64,000 bases of DNA from Hemiscyllium ocellatum (GCF_020745735.1 NC_083435.1:4503905-4567904); one strand, 5' to 3'; counted from the first letter of the stretch, positions 10,325 to 24,640 are shown. Notes: a model not told the origin generated them from the sequence alone. Numbers and translations: made by a program.

Positions 10325-12532
10325 CAGGAATGGACCCGGACCATAGAACAAGCTGTCACCATAGTACAGAACAGGACCACACACCGCAAAAAAACGGCAC
10401 TGAAAGCAAAAATGGCCAAACTAACACACAACGAAAAGGACACCACAACACACACCTGGGTTAAAAACCTCTCCCACAGACAGCTCACAGACACGGAAAG
10501 AACAATACTTGCCAAGGGACTTAACTACAACCACAGGGAGGCCAAGACAGCAGACTTTCTAGCAGCACTAGAATGCACACTCAGGAACAATGGATTGACA
10601 GAAGAGACACAACGAACAGTGAGACAAAGTATCGTATCTATGATAACAAGGAAAAGACAAACACACAACCTCAATGCCAAGGAGAAAGAAGCACTAAAAT
10701 CACTAAGAAACGATAAGACCATAATCATACTACCAGCAGACAAAGGCAGAATGACGGTGATACTGAACAAATCAGATTACATTCAAAAAGCTGAACAACT
10801 ACTTGCAGACTCCAACACCTACCAAAAGAGGGAGTTTGACCCCACTCCACAGCTCACCAATAGGATAAACAACACTCTGAGGAATCTACAAAAAAAACGG
10901 ACAGATAACCAGGACTGACCTACAAAGAATGAAACCGGAAAGCAACAACACCCCCAGATTCTATGGACTACCTAAAGTACACAAACCAGACATCCCACTC
11001 AGACCCATAGTATCACTACCAGGAACACCATCACACAAACTGGCTAAAGAGCTACAACAGAAACTGAAACACTTGATCAGCGGATCCAGACACTCTATAC
11101 AGTCAACACAAGAATTCTTGGACATCATCAGAAATATACACGTAGACAAGGAAGAAGCCATGGTCTCATTTGATGTAACGGCACTATTCACCTCTATTGA
11201 CAAAACCCGAGCCAGAGAAATAATATCCAACCTGCTGGACATACCCAACAGACAACAGGACGCTGAGCCTATTAACAAAGACGGCATACTTAAACTACTG
11301 GACCTGTGCCTCAACACACTTCACATTCAACAACCAGATATATGAACAAATCAACGGCACACCCATGGGCTCACCGATCTCCGGACTGATAGCAGAAGCA
11401 GTAATGCAAAGGTTAGAAAAAACAGTTTTAACGCAATTACAACCCAAACTCTGGGTCAGATACGTGGACGACACCTTTGTAATCATTAAAAACACAGAAA
11501 TAGAGAACACACACCGGATCATCAACGCCACACTCACAGGAATCCGATTCACGAGAGAGGAAGAAAAGGACAACCAGCTCCCATTCCTAGAAGTGATGGT
11601 ACAGAGAACACCGAACGGAGAATTCACCACAAAGGTATACAGAAGAGCCACACACACAGACCAAGTCCTGAACTATGAAAGCAACCACCACAACACACAC
11701 AAACGAAGTTGCATCAGGACATTATTCAAAAGGGCCACAACACATTGCAGCACACCAGAACTACAAAAAGAGGAAGAAGAACACCTATACAAGATACTCA
11801 ACAAAAACGGATACCCACACAATTTCATTAACAGATGCCTCAGGGAAAGACAACGAAATGAGGACATGCCGCAACCCAAAGGACTGGCCACACTCCCATA
11901 CATCAGGAGCATTTCTGAACTGACAGCCAGACTGCTGCGACCACTAGGACTCATAACAGCACACAAACCAACAGCCACTCTCAGACAACAACTCACCAGG
12001 ACAAGGGACCCGATACCCAGCATGAGCAAAACCAACGTAGTGTACAAAATCCCATGGAAGGACTGCACAAAACACTACATAGGACAAACAGGAAGACAGC
12101 TAACGATCCACATCCATGAACACCAACTAGCCACGAAACGACACGACCAGCTATCCCTAGTAGCCATACACTCAGATGACAAACAACACAAATTCGATTG
12201 GGACAACACCACTATTATAGGGCAGGCCATACAGAGAACAGCCAGGGAATTCCTAGAGGCATGGCACTCATCCACGAATTCTATCAACAGACACATCGAC
12301 CTAGACCCAATATACCGGCCACTGCAGCAGACAGCAACTGACAACTGGAAGAGGCAGATTCAAACCAGTATAAATGCCGGAGGAATCAGCACAGAAGCGC
12401 TTCACAGGAGGCTCCCAAGTACTGAAGATGTCACCTAGAAAGGGGACGAAACGTTTGCAATAAAAACTCCCAGCTCAGCGAGCAGAACCACAACAAGGAG
12501 AACCCGAGCTACAGATCTTCTCACAAACTTTG
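10325..12532 (+). mobile_element. Penelope-like retroelement (RT + GIY-YIG), 5'-truncated, two frameshifts, ~15-bp TSD
   Basis: LAKGLNY, PADKG, FYGLPKVHK..LRPIVS, SFDVTALFT, MGSPIS, RYVDD, VVYKIP..YIGQTGR. TSD agctttactaccaat (10310-10324) / agctttactatcaat (12533-12547). Confidence 0.93.
12419..12458 (+). ncRNA. Minimal hammerhead ribozyme motif at the Penelope 3' end
   Basis: GTA-CTGAAGA-T-GTCACCT-AGAA-AGGGGAC-GAA-ACGT-T-TGC; TATAAA 50 nt upstream (12369). Confidence 0.75.
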
Positions 12533-12945
12533 AGCTTTACTATCAATTAAACCTGCATGAAATTTGTTAATCTCTGGAAACTCTGGTGCATGGTTTCACC
12601 GAGATATCGCAGGATATTAAATTTGATTGAGATATGTTTACTTACCTCAAACATCGAGCAAATAGAATGATGAGCGAATGCTGGATTCTGTAATTGTTAT
12701 TTGAAAATGGACAAAACTCCTCTGCCCTTGCCAATGATCTTATTAAGGCATTGTCACTGAAATAATAAAGAAATCTGAAAACAAACTGAATTTTTTTGTA
12801 AAAAATAAACTTTTCAATTGGTCATTCTGCTTTCAAGAAGGCAACGATAAAGCTCTGGTGGTAATGTTTGTGTGGCAATAAGAAACAGACTAACCTTATT
12901 TGGTGCTCTTGACTCTTGGAAATAATGCCATTTAAGATAAGAAAT
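12533..12945 (+). repeat. Local duplicated block, copy 1 (left part 10286-10324 separated by the Penelope insertion)
   Basis: Colinear, high similarity to 18109-18531. Confidence 0.9.
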
Positions 12946-13729
12946 ATCAAAGAGATACAATCAAATATAATGAGGGTAAAAATAAGTATTTGTAGAACTA
13001 TTTGGTTGCATTTGTTAGTAACTGGTTTGGTGTTGTAATAAACATTTTTTAAATAAAAAGTTAACCAGCATCTTAAGTTTTACTTAACCCAGTCCTATCT
13101 ACTTATGTTTCAATCACACCTCCTTCCATCTTCTCGGCTTCTTGAGGCCCACAACTCCACCTTCTTCCCATTCTCTAGATAAATAAGTTTCTTCTGAATT
13201 CCCTAATGTATATCTTGATGGCTATCTCATACTAGTTGACCTCTATCACATGAGAGAAGACACGCTCTTTTTATCTGTCTTTCAGAATTAAGTCCACTCC
13301 TCAGCTGCCTTTTTTGAGAAGAAAGAAAATCAAATTTGTCACCAATTTGCTTATATGTATACATACAAAAGCATTTTGTTCCCATCTTTGCAAGTTCTGC
13401 AACCTCTCCAATGACTATTTTGCTTTATCGGTAATACGGCAACCAGAATTTTTCATCATCAAGTGCTTCAGGATAGTTCAATTTGATATAGTTGAAAAAT
13501 AACTTGTCTACTTTTCAAGTCTGTACTTAACCTTTTTTTCAAAGAAAGCTGGGTGTTTAGTTTGCATTATTTAATGGTCTTGATAACGAATGGCCTTTAC
13601 TTATTTGTGCATTAGTACTCACAGATGACTTTGTTTTCTCTGTCTTGCACTGAATTGATTTTGAATAGCTCTATGAAATCTCTTCTCAGAATTCTGTTCA
13701 CTAAGAATCGTCTCATCTCCAAACTATAC

Positions 13730-15370
13730 TAGTGACCAAAATCCTCTGGCCCAGAATCATCATTTAGGATAGAGCTTTAAGCTAAATAGTGAGGCTGTGG
13801 GTGGGTTCAGTGGAAAATTATGGGAAACGTTTAAGAGGGAGGGTTGAGGTTATTAAAGTATCCTGAACAAGAACTTGGACAAAGAATATGGAAAGGGTTA
13901 GGAATCTAACTTCAGACACAACAAATAAAGGCACAACTGTTAGAAGGGGTATAATGGGATACACATCCTATAAGAAGGACTGGTGAATGGGCAGAAAGGG
14001 TCTGGTTGCCTTGTTAGTAAGAAATGGAATTAAACCCATTACAAGAAGTGATACAAAGTTTGAAGTTGCAGAATCTGTGGAGTAGAGGTGAAGAACCAAA
14101 AAAGGAGAAATGATTCCGATGGGTGTTGCGTACAGGCCTCCTAGCAGCAGTCAGGATGTGAGAAAGAAATAAATCAGGAGATAAAAAAAGGATAGAAACA
14201 TACTATTACAAAAAAAGTGGGGGACTTCAATATGCAGGTGGGCTGGAAACTCCACCGTTAATCTCAAGAAAAGGAATTTGTAGAATGTGAGATTTGCTTT
14301 TAGAGCAGCTTGTAAAAAAACCCACTGCAGAACAGGCAATTCTGGATTTAGTATTGTGTAATTACTTCATTAGGGAGCTGAAAGTAAAGAAACTCCAGGG
14401 GACAATGACTATAATATGATGGAATTCACCCTGCAATTTAAGAAAGAGAAGCTGGAATCTGATGTAATGGCATTTGGGAGGTCATGTTGCGGCTGTACAG
14501 GATATTGGTTAGGTCATTGTTGGACTATTGTGAGGAATTCTGGTCTCCTTCCTATCGGAAAGATGTTGTGAAACTTGAAAGGGTTCAGAAAAGATTTTCA
14601 AGGATGTTGCCAGGGTTGGAGTATTTGAGTTATAGGGAAAGGCTGAACAGGCTGGGGTTATTTTCTCTGGAGTGTCGGAGGCTGAGGAGTGACCTTATAG
14701 AGATTTACAAAATTATGAGGGGCATGGATAGGGTAGATAAGCAAAGTCTTTCCCCTGGGGTCAGGGAGTCCAGAACTAGGTGACATAGGTTTAGGGTGAG
14801 AGGGGAAATATATAAAAGAGACCTAAAGGGCAACTTTTTCACACAGGGGATGGTATGTGTATGGAATGACCTGCCAGAGGAAGTGGTGGAGGCTAGTACA
14901 ACTGCAATATGTAAGAGGCATTTGGATGGGTATATGATTAGGAAGGGTTTGGAGGGATATGGGTCGGGTGCTGGCAGGTAGGACAAGATTGGGTTGGGAA
15001 TCTGGTCAGCATGGACGTGTTGGACCGAAGGGTCTGTTCCCATGCTGTACATCTCTATGACATGAGAGAGGAGTTGGACATAGTTGATCAGATGGGAGCC
15101 TACCAAGGAAGACAGTGGAGCAGCAATGGCAGGAGTTTATGGGGCTAAATTGGGGAGTGACAGCAGTAGATCATCCCAAGGAAGAAGAAACATACAAAGG
15201 GGAGGACAAGGCAACCATGCCTGACAAGGGGCTTCAAGTGCAGTATGAAAGCAAAAGAAAAAGCATACAATGTGGCGACTTTTAGTGGGAAGCCAGCAGT
15301 TTGGGAAACATTTAAAAACCAACAGACAACTAAAAAAAAGTGGGATAAAATAAAATATGAGAATAAGCTA
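13730..15370 (+). mobile_element. Old CR1 endonuclease fragments with a younger HER1/CR1 3' end (14470-15062) nested inside
   Basis: MLRLYRILVR..LERVQKRF, DLKGNFFTQ..WNDLP; degenerate endonuclease-like sequence on both sides. Confidence 0.8.
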
Positions 15371-16049
15371 GGATGACTGCAACCTTTTTTTGAAGATGCG
15401 GAGGTGTCAGTGCTGAACTGAGGTGGGCAAAGTCAGAAGTCACATAACACTAGATGATAGTCCACCAGGTTTATTTGAAATCACAAACTTTTAGAGAGCC
15501 ACCCGTTTGTCATTTGTACTAACGGAGAAGTACACAGTCACCGAGTTTATAGGCAGAGAGATCAAAAGATTATACAAGTGGTGTGAGTGGAGTGTCACAA
15601 AATAAGTCTTTACAGGTGACCAAGAGTATTAGATGCTGAGTAAAGTGTCAACAGTTGAATAGCCAAAGAAAGGAATTACTTATAATTCGCTGATTATTCA
15701 GCAGTTTGGCACTTTATTCACCGTCAAACACTCGTGGAAAATACTGAGAGGCCTGATTAGAGTGAACACGGAGATGTTCCAGACCTAAGAAACTAAGACC
15801 CATGAGCACAATTTCAGTGTGAGAGGACGACTCTTAAGAACTGAGACCAGGAGGAATTTCGTCAGCCAGAGGATGATTAATCTGTGTAATTTATCACCAT
15901 AAAGGGTTGTGGAGGAAAAGTCATTGAGTGTATGTAACATAAGTAGGCACTCGGTTGATAAGGGAATCGAAGGATTATGGGGTTTGAATTTGCAACGTAT
16001 TATTTTTATTTCTGATCGGGGGAGAAAGCCTTCTAATAAATCAAATAAT

Positions 16050-16300
16050 TACAAATGCTGGAAATCTGAAAGAGAAACAGAAAATGTTGGATACTCTCAG
16101 CAGGTCTGGCAGTATCTGGAGAGGAGAACTGAGTTAATGTTTCGGGTCCGGTGACCCATCTTCAGAATTAGCCAAGTCCTAGATCTAGGTAAAAACAATG
16201 ACTGCTCCTGATGAAGGGCTTTTGCCCGAAACGTCGATTTTCCTGCTCCTCGGATGCTGCCTGAACTGCTGTGCTCCTCCAGCACCACTAATCCCAAATC
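16050..16300. mobile_element. Two back-to-back hammerhead-bearing short elements (family C on minus, core 16133-16168; family A on plus, core 16206-16237)
   Basis: Minus: CTGAAGA-T-GGGTC-ACCG-GACCC-GAAACATT. Plus: CTGATGA-A-GGGC-TTTT-GCCC-GAA-ACGT-C. Confidence 0.7.
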
Positions 16301-16346
16301 CTATTCCTGTCCCGCTGCAATAATCCCACAACCGTTGGCGCTGAAT

Positions 16347-16492
16347 ATGCAAATTGAGGATGAAAAGGAGACTGTTTCCCATTCGCTAAACATTTGGAAA
16401 GTTTTCAGCTTTCCTCGACCAATCCGAAACAATGGTGGCTAGATTAGCCAATGAGAAAGGTCCGCTTTTGCATTCCACCGAATGGTATAAAA
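16347..16492 (+). promoter_or_regulatory. H2A promoter with octamer in the H2B-facing orientation
   Basis: ATGCAAAT 16347-16354, CCAAT at 16419 and 16449, TATAAAA 16486-16492. Confidence 0.8.
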
Positions 16493-16561
16493 AGGGAGTG
16501 GGCCACGCTGCTGTTCCATCGAAGGTTCTGATACAACGTTAGCGAGTTTTTAGTAAAGTGA

Positions 16562-16954
<393 letters not shown>

Positions 16955-16999
16955 AGGGTGAGATCTGAGGAACGAACGCAACAACGAAATAAAACCAAA

Positions 17000-17037
17000 G
17001 GCTCTTTTCAGAGCCGCTCAACTCCTCCTAAAGAGTT
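17000..17037 (+). terminator. Histone 3' stem-loop plus HDE
   Basis: GGCTCTTTTCAGAGCC 17000-17015; AAAGAGTT 17030-17037. Confidence 0.95.
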
Positions 17038-18108
17038 TAACCAGACTGTCGATTCGAAATGTAATATTGAATAAATTGATGCGGTGATTACTCTTCCATT
17101 TTCTCTCTGGGAAATAATTTTATCAATTTAGTGTTGATATGATTTCTAGGAATGGGTTGAAAATAACGGCAATAAATTAAACGTCTGACTGAATATTTAG
17201 CAAGCAATGTGAAGAACAGGAGCACAGTTTTTGAGACCAAAGATACCAACGGTGTATGTCACTTCGATGCAGTCTCCGCTCTGAATATTCCATATTTTTT
17301 TACTTTTGCTGTGTTATACAAATTAAGCTTAAATGAATGCTTCGAGGAAATGGGGTATGTTGTGTGATGGGGCTTAGAAGTTAAGATTGGAAGCGTTACT
17401 GAGCATCTTCTGTGAGTGGACTTTGGGGCATGTGTTCACTGTCCTACTTTTGCCCGACTGACACTTGGTTCAGGCTGATGTTAAGAGTCAGGGAACATTT
17501 GGAGGCGGCAGTGACCAAAGAGGCCGCGGAAAACAAAGCGGTAATGTGATTTTAGTTTTAATTCACCTATTCAATATCTTGCCCCTTGTGAAGCAATCAT
17601 TTTCCCCTCCTCCCAGTACCCTTTTCTATTTAACCCTATATAAACGCATGAACTGTTAAATTCTGGGATAATTTTGATCTTAAAAAATGCATTGGTCTGC
17701 ACTCTTGACTATTAAAATGTAAGCGAATTGTTCTGACAGTTGAAGTCTCATTTGCAATGTCCCAAATTCATTTACACGCAAGTTTATAATTCTATTCGGG
17801 CACTCGCTTTCGTAAGTTTTTGTCTTCGGTTACTTTCAAATCTCTAAATTGATAGGGAGAGGGGCAGAAACTAGGTGGTGCAGGAGCGAGGATTTGGACG
17901 CTTCCTGATGTCTAATGGTATAAACTATAAAACTATTGTAAATAATCTGGAGTTGAACTTTACAAGCTTTAGTCACATGAGTGGGTTCCACGTGCCATTC
18001 AGGTTCTGAGGAACTTTTTGACTGCATTGGTTTAAATTTGAACTGGTGAAGGCCCTTGGAGCAATGGAAACACCTTTTGTGGCGATTTGCCAATACCACT
18101 GAAAAGTT

Positions 18109-18531
18109 ATTTGATAGTCAAGTGTTTGCTGGAAGCTTTACTATCAATTAAACCTGCATAAAATTTGTTAATCTTCGGAAACTCTGGTGTATGGTTTCAC
18201 CGAGATATCGCAGGATGTTTAATTTGATTGAGATGTTTACTTACCTCAAACATCGAACAAATAGAATGACGAGCAAATGCTGGATTCTGTAATTGTTATC
18301 TGAAAATGGCCAAGTCTCCCCTGCCCTTGCCCTTAATGCATTGTCACTGAAATAATAAAAAAAACTTGTTTGTTTTCAGATTTGTTAAAAAATAAACTTT
18401 TCAATTGGTCATTCTACTTTCAAGAAGTCAACGATAAAGCTCTGGTGGTATGTTTGTGTGGCAATAAGAAACAGACTAACCTTATTTAGTGCCCTTGACT
18501 CTTGGAAAAAATGTCATTTAAGGCAAGAAAT
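18109..18531 (+). repeat. Local duplicated block, copy 2 (empty site for the Penelope insertion)
   Basis: Uninterrupted ..ggaagctttactatcaattaaacctgc.. matching 10286-10324 plus 12548-12945. Confidence 0.9.
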
Positions 18532-18704
18532 TTCTTAGTTGTTGTCCTAATTAATCTCTATTTTGTCTAACGTTGTTCTCCTTCATTTTACGAAGTGCAC
18601 AATTAAATCAAAACTTCTCACTAGCCTTGCCAGACCTTAAGCCTTTCACAGTAATACATATCAATATTGTTTCGGCACTACAATCTTTCACCAAAAGAAC
18701 TCGT

Positions 18705-18720
18705 GGCTCTTAAAAGAGCC
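18705..18720 (-). terminator. Histone 3' stem-loop of H3
   Basis: Minus strand GGCTCTTTTAAGAGCC. Confidence 0.95.
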
Positions 18721-18760
18721 GTTGGTTTCGTTTGTCTGATGCACGTAACTAACAGGAAAT

Positions 18761-19267
<507 letters not shown>

Positions 19268-19583
19268 TCATTGGCTGAGAACTCGATGAAGCTCTATACC
19301 CCATTGGTGAGTTTTTCAATCCTTCCCCTCCTCCCCTCCCCCCCCGGCCCCGGCACAAAACCGAAAAAGAGCGGGAAAAAAAGCGCTCACAAATTAAAAT
19401 GACACGGTTTCTAACACAGGGGCCGGCTCAACAATCAGAGACTGTTTACTTTAAATCCAAACCATGACACGCTGGCAACCGAAACACGGCCTGACCGACC
19501 GCACCACTCAAACGGGCGGATATATCGCTGGAAATGTGGAGGACAAAGATATGCTTAACAATATACAACAAACTCGTGCAATC

Positions 19584-19825
19584 TACAAAGTTAAAAATCA
19601 CACAACACCAGGTTCTAGTCCAACAGGTTTAATTGGAAGCACTAGCTTTCGGAGCGACGCTCCTTCATCAGGTGGTTGAAGAAGGGTCTGATGAACAATC
19701 ACCTGATGAAGGAGCGACGCTCCGAAAGCTAGTGCTTCCAATTAAACCTGTTGGACTATAACCTGGTGTTGTGTGATTTTTAAACTTTATAACACCCCAG
19801 TCCAACACCGGCATCTCCAAATCAT
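19584..19825. mobile_element. Palindromic short element (family B) with two opposite-strand hammerhead motifs (19640-19674 minus, 19700-19734 plus)
   Basis: Inverted arms of about 90 bp; CAC-CTGATGA-A-GGAGC-GAC-GCTCC-GAA-AGCT-A-GTG. Confidence 0.8.
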
Positions 19826-20060
19826 GTGAAATGTATTTCACTTGCGGCAACTTTAGCAATGACAGTGAGTCTTCGGTATCCACAACTTAGTTTACGTGAA
19901 ATGGAAATCGATTACAAAAACCAAAATTTAAACATAAGCAAAAAATAAAACGCGGTAAAATTGAGACTAAATGAAGGACTAACACTCCACTCAAAATTGC
20001 AAATATACTCCTGGAAACGTGGAGCATAAAAATGCAGCTACTAGTATACAATAAAAGTGT

Positions 20061-20160
20061 AGGAGAAACTGAGGACTGCATATGTTGTAGATCAGAGCTG
20101 AAAAATATGTTTCCTGAAGAAGGGCTTATGCCCGAAACATCGATCATCCTGCTCCTCGAA
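20061..20160 (+). mobile_element. Truncated family-A element with hammerhead core (20112-20143)
   Basis: TC-CTGAAGA-A-GGGC-TTAT-GCCC-GAAACATC-GA. Confidence 0.65.
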
Positions 20161-20628
20161 TAAACGTATGTTTATTTCACTTGTGACAACCAGGACGATG
20201 ACAGCGAAACATCAGGAGCCACAATCTTCTTTAAATTAATGAAAGGTACATCGATTACAAATCCAATCAATTTAAACATATAATACAAAACGCAGGTAAA
20301 ACTGCGACTAAACGAAACTGGACTGCACGCCGTGAATTGTCTGCTGAAAAAGTGAAATACAAAGTACAATAACAATATTTTTTAAAAATTGTTTATTTCT
20401 CTTGCGGTAGCCAGGACGGTGACAACCAGCCATTAGAAACAATCTATTTTAAATTAATAGTACAATTACAAAACTATTAAACGTAAAAACAATGTAAAAA
20501 CTAAACGCTGATAAAATTGACTGTAAGCAGCGAGGCAGTGGACGATCAAAATTCAAACCGTCCGGGTAAAGTTTTTTTTTAAATTTCTTCCCTAAATGAG
20601 CAATAGTTCCTTTTGGATACTGTTGGGT

Positions 20629-20644
20629 GGCTCTGAAAAGAGCC
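20629..20644 (-). terminator. Histone 3' stem-loop of the second H2B
   Basis: Minus strand GGCTCTTTTCAGAGCC followed by canonical ACCCA and HDE AAAGGAACT. Confidence 0.96.
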
Positions 20645-20689
20645 TTTGGGCTAACAGTTTTACTCTTAAACATTGTCTAGCAAGACACT

Positions 20690-21070
20690 TCATTTGCAAC
20701 TGGTGTACTTGGTGACCGCTTTGGTACCCTCGGAGACAGCGTGTTTGGCCAGCTCACCGGGGAGCAGCAGGCGGACTGTGGTCTGTATCTCTCGGGAGGA
20801 GATAGTCTGCCGCTTACTGTAGCGGATGAGGCGGGAAGCCTCGCAGGCGATTCGCTCGAAAATGTCGTTGACAAACGAATTGACGACACTCATAGCGGAA
20901 GACGAAATGCCGGTGTCAGGGTGGACCTGCTTCAGTACCTTGTAGATATAAATGCTGTAGCTCTCTTTCCGGCTCTTCCTGCGCTTTTTCTCGCCTTTGA
21001 CGCGTTTCTTGGTTGCCGCTTTCTTGGGACCCTTCTTGGGCGCCATGCCCTTAGCCGCTGCTTCAGGCAT
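20690..21070 (-). CDS. H2B: Histone H2B, divergent Cys-containing variant (126 aa)
   Basis: [43 protein letters not shown]. Confidence 0.96.
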   Translation of the reverse strand: MPEAAAKGMAPKKGPKKAATKKRVKGEKKRRKSRKESYSIYIYKVLKQVHPDTGISSSAMSVVNSFVNDIFERIACEASRLIRYSKRQTISSREIQTTVRLLLPGELAKHAVSEGTKAVTKYTSCK

Positions 21071-21120
21071 CTTGTTAAATGAAGGTAGTTTATGGTGAAC
21101 AAAGCCACGTTGAGTGCCCG

Positions 21121-21240
21121 CTTTAATAGCTCCGTGTATGTAAATGAGGGATCAGAAAGCGCGGGATTCCTATTGGTCAAGAACATCATATTTGAATGTA
21201 TCAATTGTGTGCTCAGAACAATGGATGCCAATAGACCAAT
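21121..21240 (-). promoter_or_regulatory. H2B-type promoter
   Basis: Minus: TATTAAA (21122-21128), octamer variant ATTTACAT (21138-21145), CCAAT (21172). Two plus-facing CCAAT boxes at 21228-21240. Confidence 0.75.
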
Positions 21241-24144
21241 CAGAAACATCTCAGATTTCCCGCCATACTCCCAGTCTTTTAGACATGGTCTGAGGGAAAT
21301 GGGTGGACCAGGGTGAGGGTGGGGGGAACGACAGCACATTGAATCCAACATAATTCATGGGTACCAAAAAAGGGAAGGAGAAAAGAAAGGCTCCACAAAT
21401 CCAGAAACTATGGAGAGGGAATCAGAATTAAATGACTCTGTCCAATTAGGTTTTATAGTGCCATTGAGTTTTTTACGACACTAAAAGAGGCCCTTCTGCC
21501 CATCGTCTCTCCAAGTCATCCAGCACCCAATTATTCTGATCCCATTCTCCAGCATTTGGTCTGTTGCCCTCCGTTAAGACGTTTCAATTGCTCATTATCA
21601 TAAAAGCTCTGAGTTTTCTCGCCTCTAGCGCCCTTTTAGGCAGTGAGTTCCATTACCAACCCTCTGGTCAAAATTGCTATCTCAAAATCACCTATCCTTG
21701 CTTATGTCCCTGCTTATTGATTCCATTACTGAAGGGAAAGGTTCACGCTATCTGTGCACCACTAAACTTTATACATCACAATCAGATTCCCCCCTCAGCC
21801 TTTGTTGTACTTCCGAAAATAACCCTACTTAAATAATCTGTTTCCTCAGGGCTAAAGTGTCAGCTTCTCTGCAGATGCTAATTGTTGACAGCATTTGCTG
21901 TTTCTAGTCCAGATACATAGCTTTGATGTGATGAGTAATAGCCCCGTTAAATCTAGTCACATGCTGCAATAAATTCAGTCTTGAGTGTGGTGATCTTTGC
22001 AGAATTCAAAGAGATATTAAAGCTGAACCAATCAGGAATCAGACATAACCAATACCTTTTCAAAATTTCTAGTGCATGTGTTTTCATCACGCTTTCAAGC
22101 AGCACCTCAATTCACTGCATAATAACATGCCTCCTCAGCATCTCTCTGATTTGGTTGTCAATCGTATAACCAAGAAAATGAATGCTTTATTTAAAGAAGA
22201 TATTATTTTCTGGTTTATAAAGGGGGTCAGTTATGAATGGCACTTAAGAACCACAGTTATTTTTTTACATATTTTTCAAATCAACCTTTTCTGAAATGTT
22301 GTGACTCACCTTGGAGCAAGTAGGACTTCTAGCTTAGGTGTAACGAAGTTACCACTGCTCCACAAGCATCCTATTTTTACCTTCTTAATGAAATTGGACA
22401 TGAGCGAGACACAAAACGCTATATTATATTTGTTCTCACTTACACAAGAGGTACAATATGCAGTGACATTGATTTTAATAGAATTAAATTTATAATTGGG
22501 TTAATTAATGATTTGCAAATGCAACTCAACTACTTTAGTCTTCCTGGTCAGGTCAGATTCATCCTCGAGGGCTTGTTTAACTGAAAGAAATTGTAACTCA
22601 TCCAAGCCTAATGCCGGGCAAACAATCAGGCAGCATGGGCAATTGAGAGAACATCGAGAGGCACTGTCATGTGTCAACTGACCCAATGGTGCCACCACTG
22701 TGCAGTATGTAGATAGGGAATTGGATCCATGAGAAATTTCTGAGGTCATAATTCAAGAATAGAAAGAAACAATTTGGCCTGAAAGGTTCTTTATTCATTC
22801 ATGGGATATGAATATTACTATCCAGGTCAGCACTTGTACCTTTATTGCCAAACCCAGATGGCCCTGACAACAGTCACAAGTCAACCACATGGCTATGAAT
22901 TTGGAGTCACATGTTGTCCTGACTAGGTAATGATAGCAGATTGCTTTCACTCACTGTCTCAGTGAACCAGATGGGTTTTCACAACAAATCTGAATGTTTA
23001 AAAAGTTGAATCAAACATCACCATGTGTCATGGTGAATTATGAGCCCATATCCCCAGAGCATTATCTGGGTCACATGGTTAATAGTCAAATACCAATACC
23101 ATACTGTCTTGCTTTAAATTGCACTCTGTACTTACTTGGGAACAATGGAGAGCAGTCCTCCACTGAGCTGGACATCATATACAAGCTGCAGGAAGATGCA
23201 ACATTAACGTTTGCAGGGAGTTTGAGGAACTTTAGGAGGAATGAGAAGAGCAAATGGTCACAGCTACTAAGAATGGTGTTCTTAATGTCTGTTGGAGTTG
23301 GTTGGGTATTGAGAACATGATCTGAATTAATCAGCTTTGCAATTTTTAAATACAATAAAGCTGGTCAGGACTCTGGTTTCAAAATACACTGCATTGAATA
23401 TTGCATACCCAAGTACCTCTCCCCATATTGTTACTAGCTGAGGTAAGCCAGGGTATTCCCAACACTAGCTGAATGTGAAACCAAGACATTTTCTGTCACC
23501 CAAAATCATTTACTTCCATCTCCTTCACATTGTTCACTCTTAGTCTATTCCAACGTTAGCTGAAGTCGTAAATTGAATGCCAATGTTATACATAATACTA
23601 AATGTATTGCAGCATGTAACAGTACAGATGTCTGCCTAATCTCAAAATACCAGTGTCCTCAAAAATATTTTTGTGTAATTCTTCTGAGAAAAATGTTAGA
23701 TTCAAATAAATGATTCGACCTTATGAAAGAGGTACCTTTTTATTATTGCAAAAAAACCAAAAACTTTGAAGGAAATTTGTCAAATTAAAAGATGATTTCC
23801 AGGGATAATGAACAAATCCCACCATCATTCGTACCCCCTCAGCTGTGAAAGATATCAAACATATCCCTGCTGCAGGGACACTTGGGCGAAATAAAGAATG
23901 CAGGGGAGACAGGCAGTCTGGTCAAACAATCCCCTTGACTATCCAAAGCAATTTATAGCCACTTTAGGCCAAGCAATGAGGAGGTCCTCTAGTCTGCCCA
24001 TCCACCCTTACATTACAGAGAAATCAGGAACACGGGCTGAAATGAAATCTCTTTTTATATGTCCTCAAGGTGACTATCTATCCTAAAACACAACATGCAC
24101 AGCAAAATGTCAGGAAGGCAGCTTTTCGGCAGCAAAATTGGGAG

Positions 24145-24640
24145 ACAATGGCCTGGTGGCATTTTTGCTGGACTATTAATCCAGAGACCCAGACTTGGAT
24201 TCAAATCCCGCCACAGTAGATGGTGGAACTTGAACTAAATTTAGAAGTGTGGAATTAAGAGTCTCATGATGACCATGAATCCATTGCCAATTGTCTGAAA
24301 ATCTCAATTTAAAAATCTGGAATTAAGGCCGCATGGTGTTTTCACTGGACTGTTAATCCAAAGATTTAGAGTAATGTCCTGGGGAACTGAGTTCAAATCC
24401 CTTCCCAGCAAATAGTGGAATTTGAGTTCTATAAAAATTTGGAATTCAGAGCCTTATCATAATCATGAATCTATTGTCAGGAAAAGCCCATTGGTTTAGT
24501 AATATCCTCTAGGGAAGGAAACCTCCATCCTTATTTGGTCTGGCCTACATGTGACTCCAGATTCACAGCATGAAGTTGACTTTTAACTGCGCTCTGAGCA
24601 ATTAGTGATGGCCTATCCATATCCTGCAAGTGAATTAAGG
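24145..24640 (+). mobile_element. SINE of a second family with two tandem heads and an L2-like tail; other copies ~22790-23100 (-), 59370-59690 (+), 60400-60660 (-), 63150-63300 (+)
   Basis: Repeated ggactattaatccagagaccc..ttcaaatccc head and ggtctggcctacatgtgactccag body recur in the window. Confidence 0.65.
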
